This document shows, one piece after another, positions 40,354 through 49,966 of a stretch of 60,865 nucleotides of DNA (the first letter of the stretch is position 1; each line of letters starts with the position of its first letter). Source of the DNA: Dehalococcoidia bacterium. Lineage in GTDB: Bacteria; Chloroflexota; Dehalococcoidia; Lucifugimonadales; UBA3495. A model generated the notes under the pieces. The model saw nothing but the letters and a program-made list of their open reading frames with translations, was not told the origin of the DNA and ran no database searches. Location: assembly GCA_030740155.1 (NCBI GenBank), contig JASLXV010000093.1, forward strand, positions 1 to 60,865, written 5' to 3'. Position numbers and translations under genes: made by a program.

Positions 40354-40612
40354 CTATCCGCTCCAAGCGGGTGACTCCGCGGACTCCGAGGGGTACCGGA
40401 CCAGCCCCGCGGCGGGCCCCCGCACCCCGCTCCGGAATCATATTATCATGTCGGGGCCAACTGCCGCCGGGCCTTGGACCGGTCCGGCGAAACGGAGACT
40501 CTCTCCCTGGTTCGCCGGCTGCCCTCCCCGGCTGGAGTGGGGTGGCCGGAGGTCCTGCATTGCCTGGTCCCGGCCTTACGCCGGCCCCTCCTCCGGGTGG
40601 AAACCGGAGTGA

Positions 40613-40927
40613 TCTTCGAAGGCCCCCAACGGCGGGTCGGCCGGCGGCGCTCCAGCAGCCGGGGCGGGCGGGCAGCCAGCGGCGGCGGCGGCGTCTGGGG
40701 CGCCAACTCCGGAGAAGGCCGCCGGTTCCGACGATGCGCCGGCTGAAAAAGAAGAAGAAAGCGGCAGCGGGGGCGGAACTGGCCTCGACCTGTCCCTCAA
40801 GGACATTTTCGAGGAAGAGTCGAGCGTGGACGAGAACCTCAAGGATTTGGCGGATTCACAGAATGACGAGCTTGCCCAAGATCTGGCCACCGACCTGATC
40901 AATTTTCTGGCGGATTTGCAAAGGTGA
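40613..40927 (+). pseudogene. Start-less reading frame encoding an Ala/Gly linker and an acidic helical C-terminus (probable 5'-truncated gene)
   Basis: Read by hand: ...EKEEESGSGGGTGLDLSLKDIFEEESSVDENLKDLADSQNDELAQDLATDLINFLADLQR*; in-frame TGA upstream at 40610-40612. Confidence 0.45.
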
Positions 40928-41085
40928 CCAGGTTTTACTGATGGGCTCAAGGTCCGGGGCCCGGCCCGGCCCCAAAATCTTGCCCTGGGATTTGCCCGAA
41001 TATTCGCCTAAAAGTTTGAAGCAAAGGAATGAGGGGTCCGGCTGGCTCCTTGACCCAGCATCGCGGACCCCGGCGCTGCGGCGCG

Positions 41086-41115
41086 TTGACATGGGATGAT
41101 GGCCGTCAATATACT
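41086..41115 (+). promoter_or_regulatory. Sigma70-type promoter of glmS
   Basis: TTGACA (41086-41091), 18 nt spacer, TATACT (41110-41115). Confidence 0.65.
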
Positions 41116-41152
41116 GCTGACAGCTATCGCTCGACGTTTACAAGGGGGAGCC

Positions 41153-43015
41153 TTGTGCGGAATAGTCGGATATGTAGGAGATAAGGACGCTTGGCCCATC
41201 ATCTTCGAAGGGCTGCGGCGTCTGGAGTACCGGGGCTACGATAGCGCCGGTATCGCCATTTTAGACCCTGCCGGGGAACTCCAGTTCCGCAGGGCCGTGG
41301 GCAAGGTAGGCGGCCTGGCGGCGGCCAATCAGCGTGACTTGCCCCAGGGCTCCGTGGGTCTGGGCCACACCCGCTGGGCTACCCACGGCAGACCGTCGGA
41401 CGCCAACGCCCATCCCCATACCGACTGTCAGGGCCGGATTGCCGTGGTGCATAACGGCATCGTGGAAAACTTCGTGGAACTCAAGTCCCGCCTGCAGGCT
41501 GAGGGGCACCACTTTTCCTCCGAGACAGATACGGAGGTCATCACTCACCTCGTCGAAGAGGGTGTGGACCAAGGCCTGAGCTTCGAGGACGCTTTCCGGC
41601 GGATGGGAAAGTTACTTCAGGGGTCGCAAGCCGTTACCGCCACCCATCAGGGCCACAGCGGAATAATTTGCGCCCTACGGCTGGGATACGCCGGCGGGAT
41701 CGTGGTGGCGCACCGGGATGGGCAGGGCATCATCTGCAGCGACCTTCCTGCCCTGGTGCCGCTGTTCCGGCACGATCCCGTGATAGACGGGGTGGGGTTC
41801 CTCGATTCAGGCGAGATGGCGGTGGTCACGCGAGAGGGCACCACCTATTCGGACCTGGAAGGCCGTTCCATCGAGAAAGAAGTCCGCACGGTGTCTCAGG
41901 AGGACATCCTCATCGACAAGGGCGGCTTCCGGCACTTCATGCTCAAGGAGATCATGGAGCAGCCCCAGGCCGTTGCCAGCGCAATGCGGCAGCGGGTGGA
42001 CTTCCAAACGGGCCGGGTCGACCTGGCGGAGCTGCCCCTGTCCAACGAGGAAATAAAAGCCTTGACGCGGGTGGTGCTGATTGGCTGCGGCACCAGCCTT
42101 CATGCGGCCCAGGTGGGCCGCCACCTGGTGGAACGCCTGGCAGGCCTGCCCGCCGAGGCGGAGAGCGCCTCGGAGTTCCGCCACCGTGACCCGTATATCG
42201 ATGAGCGCACCCTGGTCGTTGCCATCGGCCAATCGGGAGAAACGGCGGATACGGTGGCGGCAATGCATTTGGTGCGGGAAAAGGGCAGCAGGCTCATCAC
42301 TATCTGCAATGTCGAAGGCAGCCAAGCGACCCGCATGGCCGAAGGCACCCTCTACATGCGCTCCGGAATTGAGATTGGGGTGGCCAGCACCAAAACGTTC
42401 ATCGCGTCTCTCACCACGCTGAACCTCTTGGCGGTGTACCTGGGCCGGGAACGCGGCTTCATCGATCCGGACCGGTCCCGGCAACTGGTTGACGACCTCT
42501 CACAATGCCCCCGGCTGGTCGGTGAAATGCTGGCCGATACCGACGTCTACCGGCAAATGGCCCGGCGGTATTCCACCTACGATAATTTCCTGTTCCTGGG
42601 CCGCGGCATGAATGCCCCCATTGCCCTGGAGGGCGCCCTCAAGCTGAAGGAGATCAGCTACATCCATGCCGAAGGGCTCCCGGCTGGTGAGATGAAGCAC
42701 GGGCCCATCGCCCTGATCGACCGGAATATGGCGATCGTGGCGCTGGCGCCCCGGGACGGGCCGTACGATAAAGTGGTGAACAACATCAAAGAGGTGAAGG
42801 CCCGAGACGGGGTGGTGCTGGCCATCGTGACCGAGGGAGACCAGGACCTTCCCTCCCAGGTGGATGACGTCCTCTACATTCCCCAGGCGCCGGAAAACCT
42901 GGTTCCCCTGCTGGCCGCGGTGCCGCTGCAATTGCTGGCCTACCACATCGCGGTGGTTCGGGGCTGTGACGTGGACCAACCCCGCAATCTGGCCAAATCC
43001 GTCACCGTTGAGTAG
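41153..43015 (+). CDS. glmS: Glutamine--fructose-6-phosphate aminotransferase
   Basis: (M)CGIVG, LEYRGYDSAG, GHTRWATHG, QSGETADT, ALKLKE, EMKHGP, PRNLAKSVTVE; TTG start after GGGGGAG. Confidence 0.97.
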   Translation: MCGIVGYVGDKDAWPIIFEGLRRLEYRGYDSAGIAILDPAGELQFRRAVGKVGGLAAANQRDLPQGSVGLGHTRWATHGRPSDANAHPHTDCQGRIAVVHNGIVENFVELKSRLQAEGHHFSSETDTEVITHLVEEGVDQGLSFEDAFRRMGKLLQGSQAVTATHQGHSGIICALRLGYAGGIVVAHRDGQGIICSDLPALVPLFRHDPVIDGVGFLDSGEMAVVTREGTTYSDLEGRSIEKEVRTVSQEDILIDKGGFRHFMLKEIMEQPQAVASAMRQRVDFQTGRVDLAELPLSNEEIKALTRVVLIGCGTSLHAAQVGRHLVERLAGLPAEAESASEFRHRDPYIDERTLVVAIGQSGETADTVAAMHLVREKGSRLITICNVEGSQATRMAEGTLYMRSGIEIGVASTKTFIASLTTLNLLAVYLGRERGFIDPDRSRQLVDDLSQCPRLVGEMLADTDVYRQMARRYSTYDNFLFLGRGMNAPIALEGALKLKEISYIHAEGLPAGEMKHGPIALIDRNMAIVALAPRDGPYDKVVNNIKEVKARDGVVLAIVTEGDQDLPSQVDDVLYIPQAPENLVPLLAAVPLQLLAYHIAVVRGCDVDQPRNLAKSVTVE

Positions 43016-43231
43016 TGGGGGCTTGGGGCCGATTTCCTTGCCGGCGAAAACGTGATATAAGTGAGGCCGCTTGGTTGGTAGAACTCGTCATAAGCTGTTC
43101 GATTTCTGCTTGAACTAGCGCCATACGGGTGAAATGATAAGTACCTGGAAATGAACCTATATCTGCCCGCGTCTACAACGGTGTTAAAGATGAGCACACT
43201 CCGAACAAATTAACCGGGAGTATACAGCCGA

Positions 43232-44542
43232 ATGTATCTGAAGCTAGCGCAACCCGTGGTTCCATTTGAAAACTACCTTCCACTCATAACATCCCAGCTG
43301 GCGGACGATCTGAAGGCGGTGGCCCGTGACCTGAGCCACCTGCGAGTCGTTCACATCAACAGCACCGCCTTTGGCGGGGGCGTAGCCGAAATACTTCAGT
43401 CCCTGGTCCCACTCATGACCTCGTTGGGCATAGCCACCGAGAGGGTGGTTATCGACCCGGAGCCGGAGTTTTTCAAGGTCACGAAGCGCATTCACAACCT
43501 GCTGCAGGGAGCCGAAGGCACCCTGTCGGCCGGTGAGTTGGATACATACTTCGGGAATATTCAGCGGGTAGCTGATGAGATTAACCGGAATCAGCTGGCG
43601 GCCGACGTTTGGTTTCTCCATGACCCACAACTACTGCCGCTGGCCAGTTTGCTGCCCCGGCCGGCGGATCAGACCTGGCTCTGGGTGTGCCACATAGACC
43701 TGACCTCACCGAACCGATCAGTGCTTGATACACTCATGCCCCTGGCCCGGAACTACGACCAGGTAATCGTGTCTTTGCCCCAATACGCGCCCAAGGGGCT
43801 GGATACCCCACCGGTCAGCGTCGTGCCGCCCGCCATCGATCCTCTGACCGCGAAGAACGACCCTCTTGGCGAGTCCGAGGCCCTCAGTTTGGTCGCCGCC
43901 ATGGGAATTGACCCGGACCGGCCTCTGATGACCCAGGTGTCGCGCTTCGACCCCTGGAAAGACCCCAAGGGTGTCATCGACGCCTTCCGCCTGGCCCGCC
44001 GCGACATTCCCGGACTGCAATTGGCCCTGCTGGGCCTGACGCTGGCCAACGACGACCCGGAGGCCCTGGAAGTGCTGGCCAGCGTCACGGAGCATGCCGC
44101 CGGCGACCCCGACATCCACCTATATTTCGACCCCAACGGACTGCCTTGCACCGTGGACTGTATCGTCAACGCTTTCCAGGTGGCCTCGAAAGTGATCCTT
44201 CAGAAATCTACCCGTGAGGGCTTTGGGCTGACCGTCTCCGAGGCCATGTGGAAGGGCGCGCCTGTCATCGGTGGCAACGTCGGGGGGATACGCGTCCAGA
44301 TCGAGGACGGTGTCAACGGCTTCCTGGTGGACTCACCGGAGGAGTGTGGCCGTCGGGTTGTCCAGCTTATCCAAGACCCCGCCTTGCGCGCTCGGATGGG
44401 CGAAGAGGCCCGGAAGCGAGTCCGCGAGCGGTTCCTCCTGCCCCGGCTAGCGTTGGATTACCTTCGGATAGTTAGATCCCAGATCGAGAGGCCGGGCCAT
44501 GGTCCAGAGCACCAATGGGCAAAGCCACAACGGCTTGGGTAG
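43232..44542 (+). CDS. treT: GT4 glycosyltransferase, trehalose synthase TreT-like
   Basis: HINSTAFGGGVAEIL, HDPQ, W.CHID, PAIDPL..KN, QVSRFDPWKDP.GV, QKS.REGFGLTVSEA. Confidence 0.85.
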   Translation: MYLKLAQPVVPFENYLPLITSQLADDLKAVARDLSHLRVVHINSTAFGGGVAEILQSLVPLMTSLGIATERVVIDPEPEFFKVTKRIHNLLQGAEGTLSAGELDTYFGNIQRVADEINRNQLAADVWFLHDPQLLPLASLLPRPADQTWLWVCHIDLTSPNRSVLDTLMPLARNYDQVIVSLPQYAPKGLDTPPVSVVPPAIDPLTAKNDPLGESEALSLVAAMGIDPDRPLMTQVSRFDPWKDPKGVIDAFRLARRDIPGLQLALLGLTLANDDPEALEVLASVTEHAAGDPDIHLYFDPNGLPCTVDCIVNAFQVASKVILQKSTREGFGLTVSEAMWKGAPVIGGNVGGIRVQIEDGVNGFLVDSPEECGRRVVQLIQDPALRARMGEEARKRVRERFLLPRLALDYLRIVRSQIERPGHGPEHQWAKPQRLG

Positions 44543-45042
44543 TCCCGGCAGCTTGCCCGAGGGGGCGCCGGCTGAGGCCCTGGTCCGCGCGGTCGAGCCT
44601 CGCAAGAAGGTGAACCCGGACCGGTAATCGCGGACGGTGGAGGGGCCGCCAGCCGGGGAAGAGCAGCTCCGGTTTGGTCCCAAGCGGAGGACCGCTTCGA
44701 TTCCATAGGCCCCCGCTGCCTCGAGGGCGGCCGGCCCATTCCAGTGGTTTGGCCGCGCTTTGCCCACGCCTTGAGCCCCCTCGGGTGGCCCGGTTCTTGC
44801 CAAATGCCCTCCCGGCCCCCTCATCCAAGCCCCGTCGGTCTGAGCGTCCGCCGTTCTTTCCAGGTAGACCGCCCGGCTCCGCATTTTAGCCGCAAAGACC
44901 CGCGCCTCCGCATCAGCATCCCTTGCTGCCGTGGGCAAGATGGGTTAGAGTCTAATCACCGGACTGCCGGGCCGGAGGTGCCCACGCGTTTCCACCTTTG
45001 GGCCGGTCCCACGGCCCAGGCTGAGAATTGCAGGAGGCAGGA

Positions 45043-46143
45043 GTGCCCTTAACGACTGTCTTGATCATGGTGGACGGTCTGGACCCGCGATATCTGGAGT
45101 CCTGCCCGACGCCCCGAATCCAGGAGCTGGCCAGCCAGGGGTTCACGTTGGAGGCGAAGGCGATAATGCCCACCGTGACCAACGTGAATAACGTGTCGCT
45201 GGTGACCGCGAGCTATCCCCAGATCCACGGGATCACCACCAACTACTGGTTCAACCGGCAGAGTTCTGAGGAATTCTACATGGAGTCCGGGGATTTTATT
45301 CAGGCCGAGACCATGTTCCAGCGAGCCAGGAACCTGGGAGCCCGGTCTTTGCTGGTGACGGCCAAGGACAAGCTGCGGCGATTGCTGGGCGACGGGGCCA
45401 CCCTCAGCGTGTCCTCGGAGCAGCCTCCTGATTGGGTGGTGAGCGGCGTCGGCGAGCCTCCACCCATCTACTCCCTGGAAGTCAACCAGTGGGTCATCGA
45501 CGCCGGCCGGTACATTCTGTCGCAAGAGCATTACGACTTGGTGTACCTGACCACCACCGACTATGCCATGCACACCTATGCTCCTGAGCAGCCCGAGTCC
45601 TTCCGGCACCTGGCGATGCTCGACGGGGCCATCGGCAAGCTGCTGGACGGCATGCCGGAGTTCCAGATATTGATCACCGCCGACCACGGGATGTCGCCCA
45701 AGAGCCGGATGATACACCTGCCGGCGGAGCTGGCCCGGAACGGCATCCAATCCCGGGCGGTTCCCATCATCAAGGACCGGTACACGGTGCACCATTCCAA
45801 CCTCGGAGGCTGCATCTACGTCTACCTGGAGGATGGGGACGTGGAACCGGCGCTGGAGGTATTGAACGGTATCGATGGGGTCGACGAGGCCTTGCCGAGG
45901 GGGGTCGCGGCGGAAAGATTCCGGCTGATGCCCGACCGGATCGGGGATATCGTGGTGCTGGGGTCCGCCGACACGGTCTTCGGCGATCCGAATGAGGTGG
46001 ACCTGCCCGGTGGCCTCCGCTCCCACGGCTCACTGTACGAGCAGCGGGTGCCGGTCATCGGCTACGGCGGCGCCTTTGACGGGTTTGAGTTCAAAGAGAA
46101 TAAGGACCTGGGCCGCTACGTCTTCGAGCGAGTGCTGGTTTAA
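45043..46143 (+). CDS. phnA: Phosphonoacetate hydrolase-like alkaline phosphatase superfamily enzyme
   Basis: DGLD, PTVTNVNN.S, YLTTTDY.MH..AP, TADHGM, HHSNLGG, DRIGD, LRSHGS. Confidence 0.7.
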   Translation: MPLTTVLIMVDGLDPRYLESCPTPRIQELASQGFTLEAKAIMPTVTNVNNVSLVTASYPQIHGITTNYWFNRQSSEEFYMESGDFIQAETMFQRARNLGARSLLVTAKDKLRRLLGDGATLSVSSEQPPDWVVSGVGEPPPIYSLEVNQWVIDAGRYILSQEHYDLVYLTTTDYAMHTYAPEQPESFRHLAMLDGAIGKLLDGMPEFQILITADHGMSPKSRMIHLPAELARNGIQSRAVPIIKDRYTVHHSNLGGCIYVYLEDGDVEPALEVLNGIDGVDEALPRGVAAERFRLMPDRIGDIVVLGSADTVFGDPNEVDLPGGLRSHGSLYEQRVPVIGYGGAFDGFEFKENKDLGRYVFERVLV

Positions 46144-46193
46144 GCGATCGTGCACCGGCTGGTTTGGCGTCGCCCGTTTATGCTGGAACAGAG

Positions 46194-47108
46194 ATGAAAC
46201 CGATCCAGGTTTTGGCCCCCGCCACCACGGCTAATCTGGGACCGGGCTACGATTGCCTGGGCCTTGCCCTGGACCTCTGGAACCGGTTGGAGGTGCTGGA
46301 AGGTTCGCCGGGCCCCGGCGGGCCGCTGGTGGATATTACCGGGGAAGGCGCCGGGGAACTGGCCACCGGCCCGGAAAACCTGGTCTACCGGGCCGTGGTC
46401 TTCCTCTTCCGGGAGGCTGGACGGGAGATGCCCCCGCTGCACCTGCGCTGTCACAACGAGATTCCTCTGGCCCGGGGCCTGGGCAGCAGCGCCGCTGCTA
46501 TCGCCAGCGGGCTGGTGGCGGCCAACAGGCTGTGCGACGGCGCTTTTTCCTCCAACGACTTGCTGGAGATGGCCGCCACCATCGAAGGCCACCCGGACAA
46601 CGTCGCCGCCGCCGTCCTCGGCGGCCTGCAACTGGTGCTTACCGAGCAAGACCAGCTCTACACCGCGGCGATAGCCGTGCCCGCGGACCTGACTGCCGTG
46701 CTGTTCATACCTGAGGTCAGAATAGCCACCTCCGACGCCCGGGCCGTGCTTCCGGAAAAGGTCACCGTGGCCGACGCCGTATACAACATGGGCCGCGCCG
46801 CCCTGCTCCTCGCGGGCCTGGCCACCAACCACCTCGAATACCTGGGAGTGGCGACCCAGGACCGGCTGCATCAACCCTACCGGCAGCCCCTGTTCCCGGC
46901 AATGAAGCTGCTTTTCAAAGCGGCGCGAGATGCGGGAGCCCTGGGAGTCTTTCTCTCCGGCAGCGGCTCCACGGTCCTCGCCTTCGCCCAGGGGCGGGAG
47001 ATGACCGTGGCCTATGAAATGGCTGAAGCCGCCAGGCAAGCGGGCGTGGAAGGCCGGGTGCAGGTAACCCGGCCGACGACTCAGGGCGCCCATCTGCTGG
47101 ATGGCTGA
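46194..47108 (+). CDS. thrB: Homoserine kinase
   Basis: PATTANLGPGYDCLG, IPLARGLGSSAAA, EGHPDN, DRLHQPYR, LSGSG. Confidence 0.95.
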   Translation: MKPIQVLAPATTANLGPGYDCLGLALDLWNRLEVLEGSPGPGGPLVDITGEGAGELATGPENLVYRAVVFLFREAGREMPPLHLRCHNEIPLARGLGSSAAAIASGLVAANRLCDGAFSSNDLLEMAATIEGHPDNVAAAVLGGLQLVLTEQDQLYTAAIAVPADLTAVLFIPEVRIATSDARAVLPEKVTVADAVYNMGRAALLLAGLATNHLEYLGVATQDRLHQPYRQPLFPAMKLLFKAARDAGALGVFLSGSGSTVLAFAQGREMTVAYEMAEAARQAGVEGRVQVTRPTTQGAHLLDG

Positions 47109-47216
47109 GATGGGTTGCTTCCCGGCAAACCGGACCCGGCTTTCGATGACCGTAGACCGTTCGGCGGCTGACCGCCGGTAGCTCATTGATCCAATGCTCC
47201 AGCGGGGAAAGTGCAC

Positions 47217-48455
47217 TTGACCCTGATTGTCCAGAAATACGGCGGGTCCTCGGTGGCGGATGCCGAAAAAATAGTCAACGTGGCCCGCCGCATCGGCAAG
47301 GCCAAGAGTGAGGGCGCCGACGTGGTTGCCGTCGTTTCCGCGATGGGCGACACCACCGACGAGCTTATCCGGCTGGCCCAGACGGTCGCCAAACAACCGG
47401 ACCTCCGGGAGCTGGACCTGCTCCTGTCTACCGGCGAGCTGGTATCCAGTACCCTCCTGACCATGGCCCTGCGCACCTTGGGTCTGGACGCCATCAGCTT
47501 GAGTGGTTTCCAGGCCGGGATTCACACCGACACAACCCACGGCCGGGCCCGTATCGACCGAATTGACACCGGCCGGGTCAAGACCGAGCTTAAGAAAGGC
47601 TGGGTGGTGGTGGTGGCCGGGTTTCAGGGCGTCACCGAGGACCAGGACGTAACCACCTTGGGACGGGGTGGCTCCGATACCACCGCCGTGGCCTTGGCGG
47701 CCGCCTTGAAGGCCGACCGCTGCGAGATTTACACTGATGTGGATGGCATCTACACCGCCGACCCGCGAGTGGTGCCCAAGGCCCGCAAGCTGGACGAGAT
47801 CAGCTATGATGAGATGCTGGAGTTGGCCAGCTACGGGGCCAAGATGCATCCCCGGTCTATTGAGGTGGGCGCCGTTTTCAAGGTGCCCATCTACGTGGCG
47901 TCCAGCTTCGGCGACGCCGGAGGTACCCTTATTCACAGCGGAAAAGAAGAAACTCCAATGGACCAGAAGATTGAAGGAAGAATCAAGGTTACCGGGATCG
48001 CCTACCACACCAATGTGGCCAAGATCACCGTGCGCTCCGTACCGGACCAACCCGGAGTGGCCGCCGCCCTGTTCGAACCGCTGGCCCGCATGGGGGTCAG
48101 CGTCGACACCATCGTTCAAAACACTAGCGTGGAGCGGACCACCGACATCAGCTTCACGGTGAGCCGGACGGACCTGCCCAGGGCGGTGGCGGAGGTGGAG
48201 AGTGCGATGAGAAGTATCGGCGCCTCCGAGGTGATAACCGATCCCTCCTTGGCCTCGGTCAGCATCGTAGGCTCGGGAATGCAGAACACGCCGGGTTACG
48301 CCGCCAGGATGTTTCGGATCCTGGCCGACGGGAACATCAACATAGACATGATCACCACTTCCGAAATCCGGATATCCTGCATCATCAGTGAGGAGCAGAC
48401 CAAACAAGCCGTGCGGCTGTTGCATCGCCACTTCAAGTTGGACGAGGGGCCATAG
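47217..48455 (+). CDS. lysC: Aspartate kinase
   Basis: VQKYGGSSV, VVSAMGDTTD, TLGRGGSDTTA, YTDVDG, two ACT domains. Confidence 0.95.
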   Translation: MTLIVQKYGGSSVADAEKIVNVARRIGKAKSEGADVVAVVSAMGDTTDELIRLAQTVAKQPDLRELDLLLSTGELVSSTLLTMALRTLGLDAISLSGFQAGIHTDTTHGRARIDRIDTGRVKTELKKGWVVVVAGFQGVTEDQDVTTLGRGGSDTTAVALAAALKADRCEIYTDVDGIYTADPRVVPKARKLDEISYDEMLELASYGAKMHPRSIEVGAVFKVPIYVASSFGDAGGTLIHSGKEETPMDQKIEGRIKVTGIAYHTNVAKITVRSVPDQPGVAAALFEPLARMGVSVDTIVQNTSVERTTDISFTVSRTDLPRAVAEVESAMRSIGASEVITDPSLASVSIVGSGMQNTPGYAARMFRILADGNINIDMITTSEIRISCIISEEQTKQAVRLLHRHFKLDEGP

Positions 48456-48473
48456 GGCCGAGGCCGCCTGCAC

Positions 48474-49259
48474 ATGGCTTCAGTAAGAGAATGCCCCTCA
48501 CCTCGGCCCTTTCTTTCCATCGTGATCCCGGCCTACAACGAGGAGCCCCGCATCGGCGACACCTTGGAGCGGGTAATCGGGTTCCTCAATACCCGGCCGT
48601 ATTCCTGGGAGGTGCTGGTGGCCGACGACGGCAGTACCGACGGCACCGGCAGGCTGGTCGGCGGCCTGGCCGAGTCGCAGCCAAATCTACACCTGATCAA
48701 GCTGGCCCACCGGGGTAAGGGGTCGGCGGTAAAAAATGCCATGCTGGCGGCTTCCGGCCAGTACCGTTTCCTGTGCGATGCGGACCTGTCGGTGCCCATC
48801 GAACAGGTGGAGCGGTTTCTTCCTCCCCAGATCGAGGGTGTCGACATCGCCATCGGCTCCAGAGAGGCGCCCGGCGCCCGGCGCATCGGCGAGCCAAACC
48901 GCAGGCGCCTCATGGGGCGGGTCTTCAACACTCTGGTCCGTGTCCTGGCGGTGCCCCGTCTGCAGGATACCCAATGCGGGTTCAAGTGCTTTCGAGGGGA
49001 GATCGCGCCGGACCTGTTCAAGCGCCAGACCATGAACGGCTTTGCTTTCGATGTGGAGATACTGTTCCTGGCCCGTAGGACGGGACTGGCGATGCAGGAA
49101 ATCGCCGTGGATTGGTACTATCGGGAGCAAAGCAAGGTGCGCCCCGTCCGTGACTCCCTCCTCATGACCCTCGACCTGCTGAAGATTCGATGGCGTTACC
49201 GCTGGGGGCGTCACCGCCGGCCCGCGGCCCGGGAACGAGTGGAGTCGAATCTGCCCTGA
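48474..49259 (+). CDS. GT2 polyprenyl-phosphate glycosyltransferase (dolichyl-P beta-glucosyltransferase-like)
   Basis: SIVIPAYNE, DDGSTDGT, GKG.AV, DADLS, DTQCGFK, FAFDVE. Confidence 0.88.
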   Translation: MASVRECPSPRPFLSIVIPAYNEEPRIGDTLERVIGFLNTRPYSWEVLVADDGSTDGTGRLVGGLAESQPNLHLIKLAHRGKGSAVKNAMLAASGQYRFLCDADLSVPIEQVERFLPPQIEGVDIAIGSREAPGARRIGEPNRRRLMGRVFNTLVRVLAVPRLQDTQCGFKCFRGEIAPDLFKRQTMNGFAFDVEILFLARRTGLAMQEIAVDWYYREQSKVRPVRDSLLMTLDLLKIRWRYRWGRHRRPAARERVESNLP

Positions 49260-49760
49260 TCGCCGCCGCCGGCCCCGCTACTCCTCGCGTCTCCCGCTGC
49301 ATCGGAAGGCTCGGAGGAGTCTGCTTCTTTCCCGTTACCCGGCGCTCCATACCCGAGATGGCGGGCATCGGCCCCACGCGTCCTTCAAGCTCTGGGGGAA
49401 GCCGGTTGCCCAAAGATGGATGTCTCAGGCAACCCGCCGGAGGCTGAAGGGCCGGTCCCTTTTCACGTTTCCCGGCCCGGACGCCCTGGCTCGCCATTTT
49501 CGCGGTAATGACGCTTCGTAGCCGGGAAACCGCCGGGCAGTTAGCGGCGCGGGCGACCGCGCCGGAATCAGCCCCCAATGGGCAGAAAGTGACTTTTCTC
49601 CCCAGGTCAAAGCCGGAATGACGGGAGGGAAAGGTTCTTGCATCCCACCCACGAGCGTCCGGAAGCGCGAGCCGTCCCTGGAAAATGATCGGGAAACTGC
49701 CCGGTGAAGGCTTGACCATAAGCGTGGTTTTGTTGTAACTACTAGATATAATCTTTTTTT

Positions 49761-49950
49761 GGTTAGGCTTGCGGACTGGGTGAAGGTGCTTTGCGAAGGA
49801 GCCTACCGCCGCCGCATCACAGCAGGCCGGGCGGCCATCCGGGCAAGAACCCGGACCTGGCAAAGCATCTCATCTGGAACGGCTTTTGGTTCCGGAGTGG
49901 TGACACCGAAAGGGGGGCATCCAGGGGGTCGCATTTAGAAGAGCCTGCCC
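49761..49950 (+). ncRNA. Candidate structured RNA or 5' leader of unassigned family
   Basis: Begins 8 nt after TATAAT (49747-49752); nested helices close at about 49950, just before the RBS of the next gene. Confidence 0.4.
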
Positions 49951-49966
49951 CTACACTGGAGATGGG

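Noticed and set aside
40930..41152. glmS ribozyme
   Set aside because: The core consensus (AGCGCC...GACGAGG) is not found, and the promoter leaves too short a leader.
44447..44938. ORFs in the treT-phnA gap
   Set aside because: Low-complexity Arg/Gly/Pro translations with no motifs or RBS.
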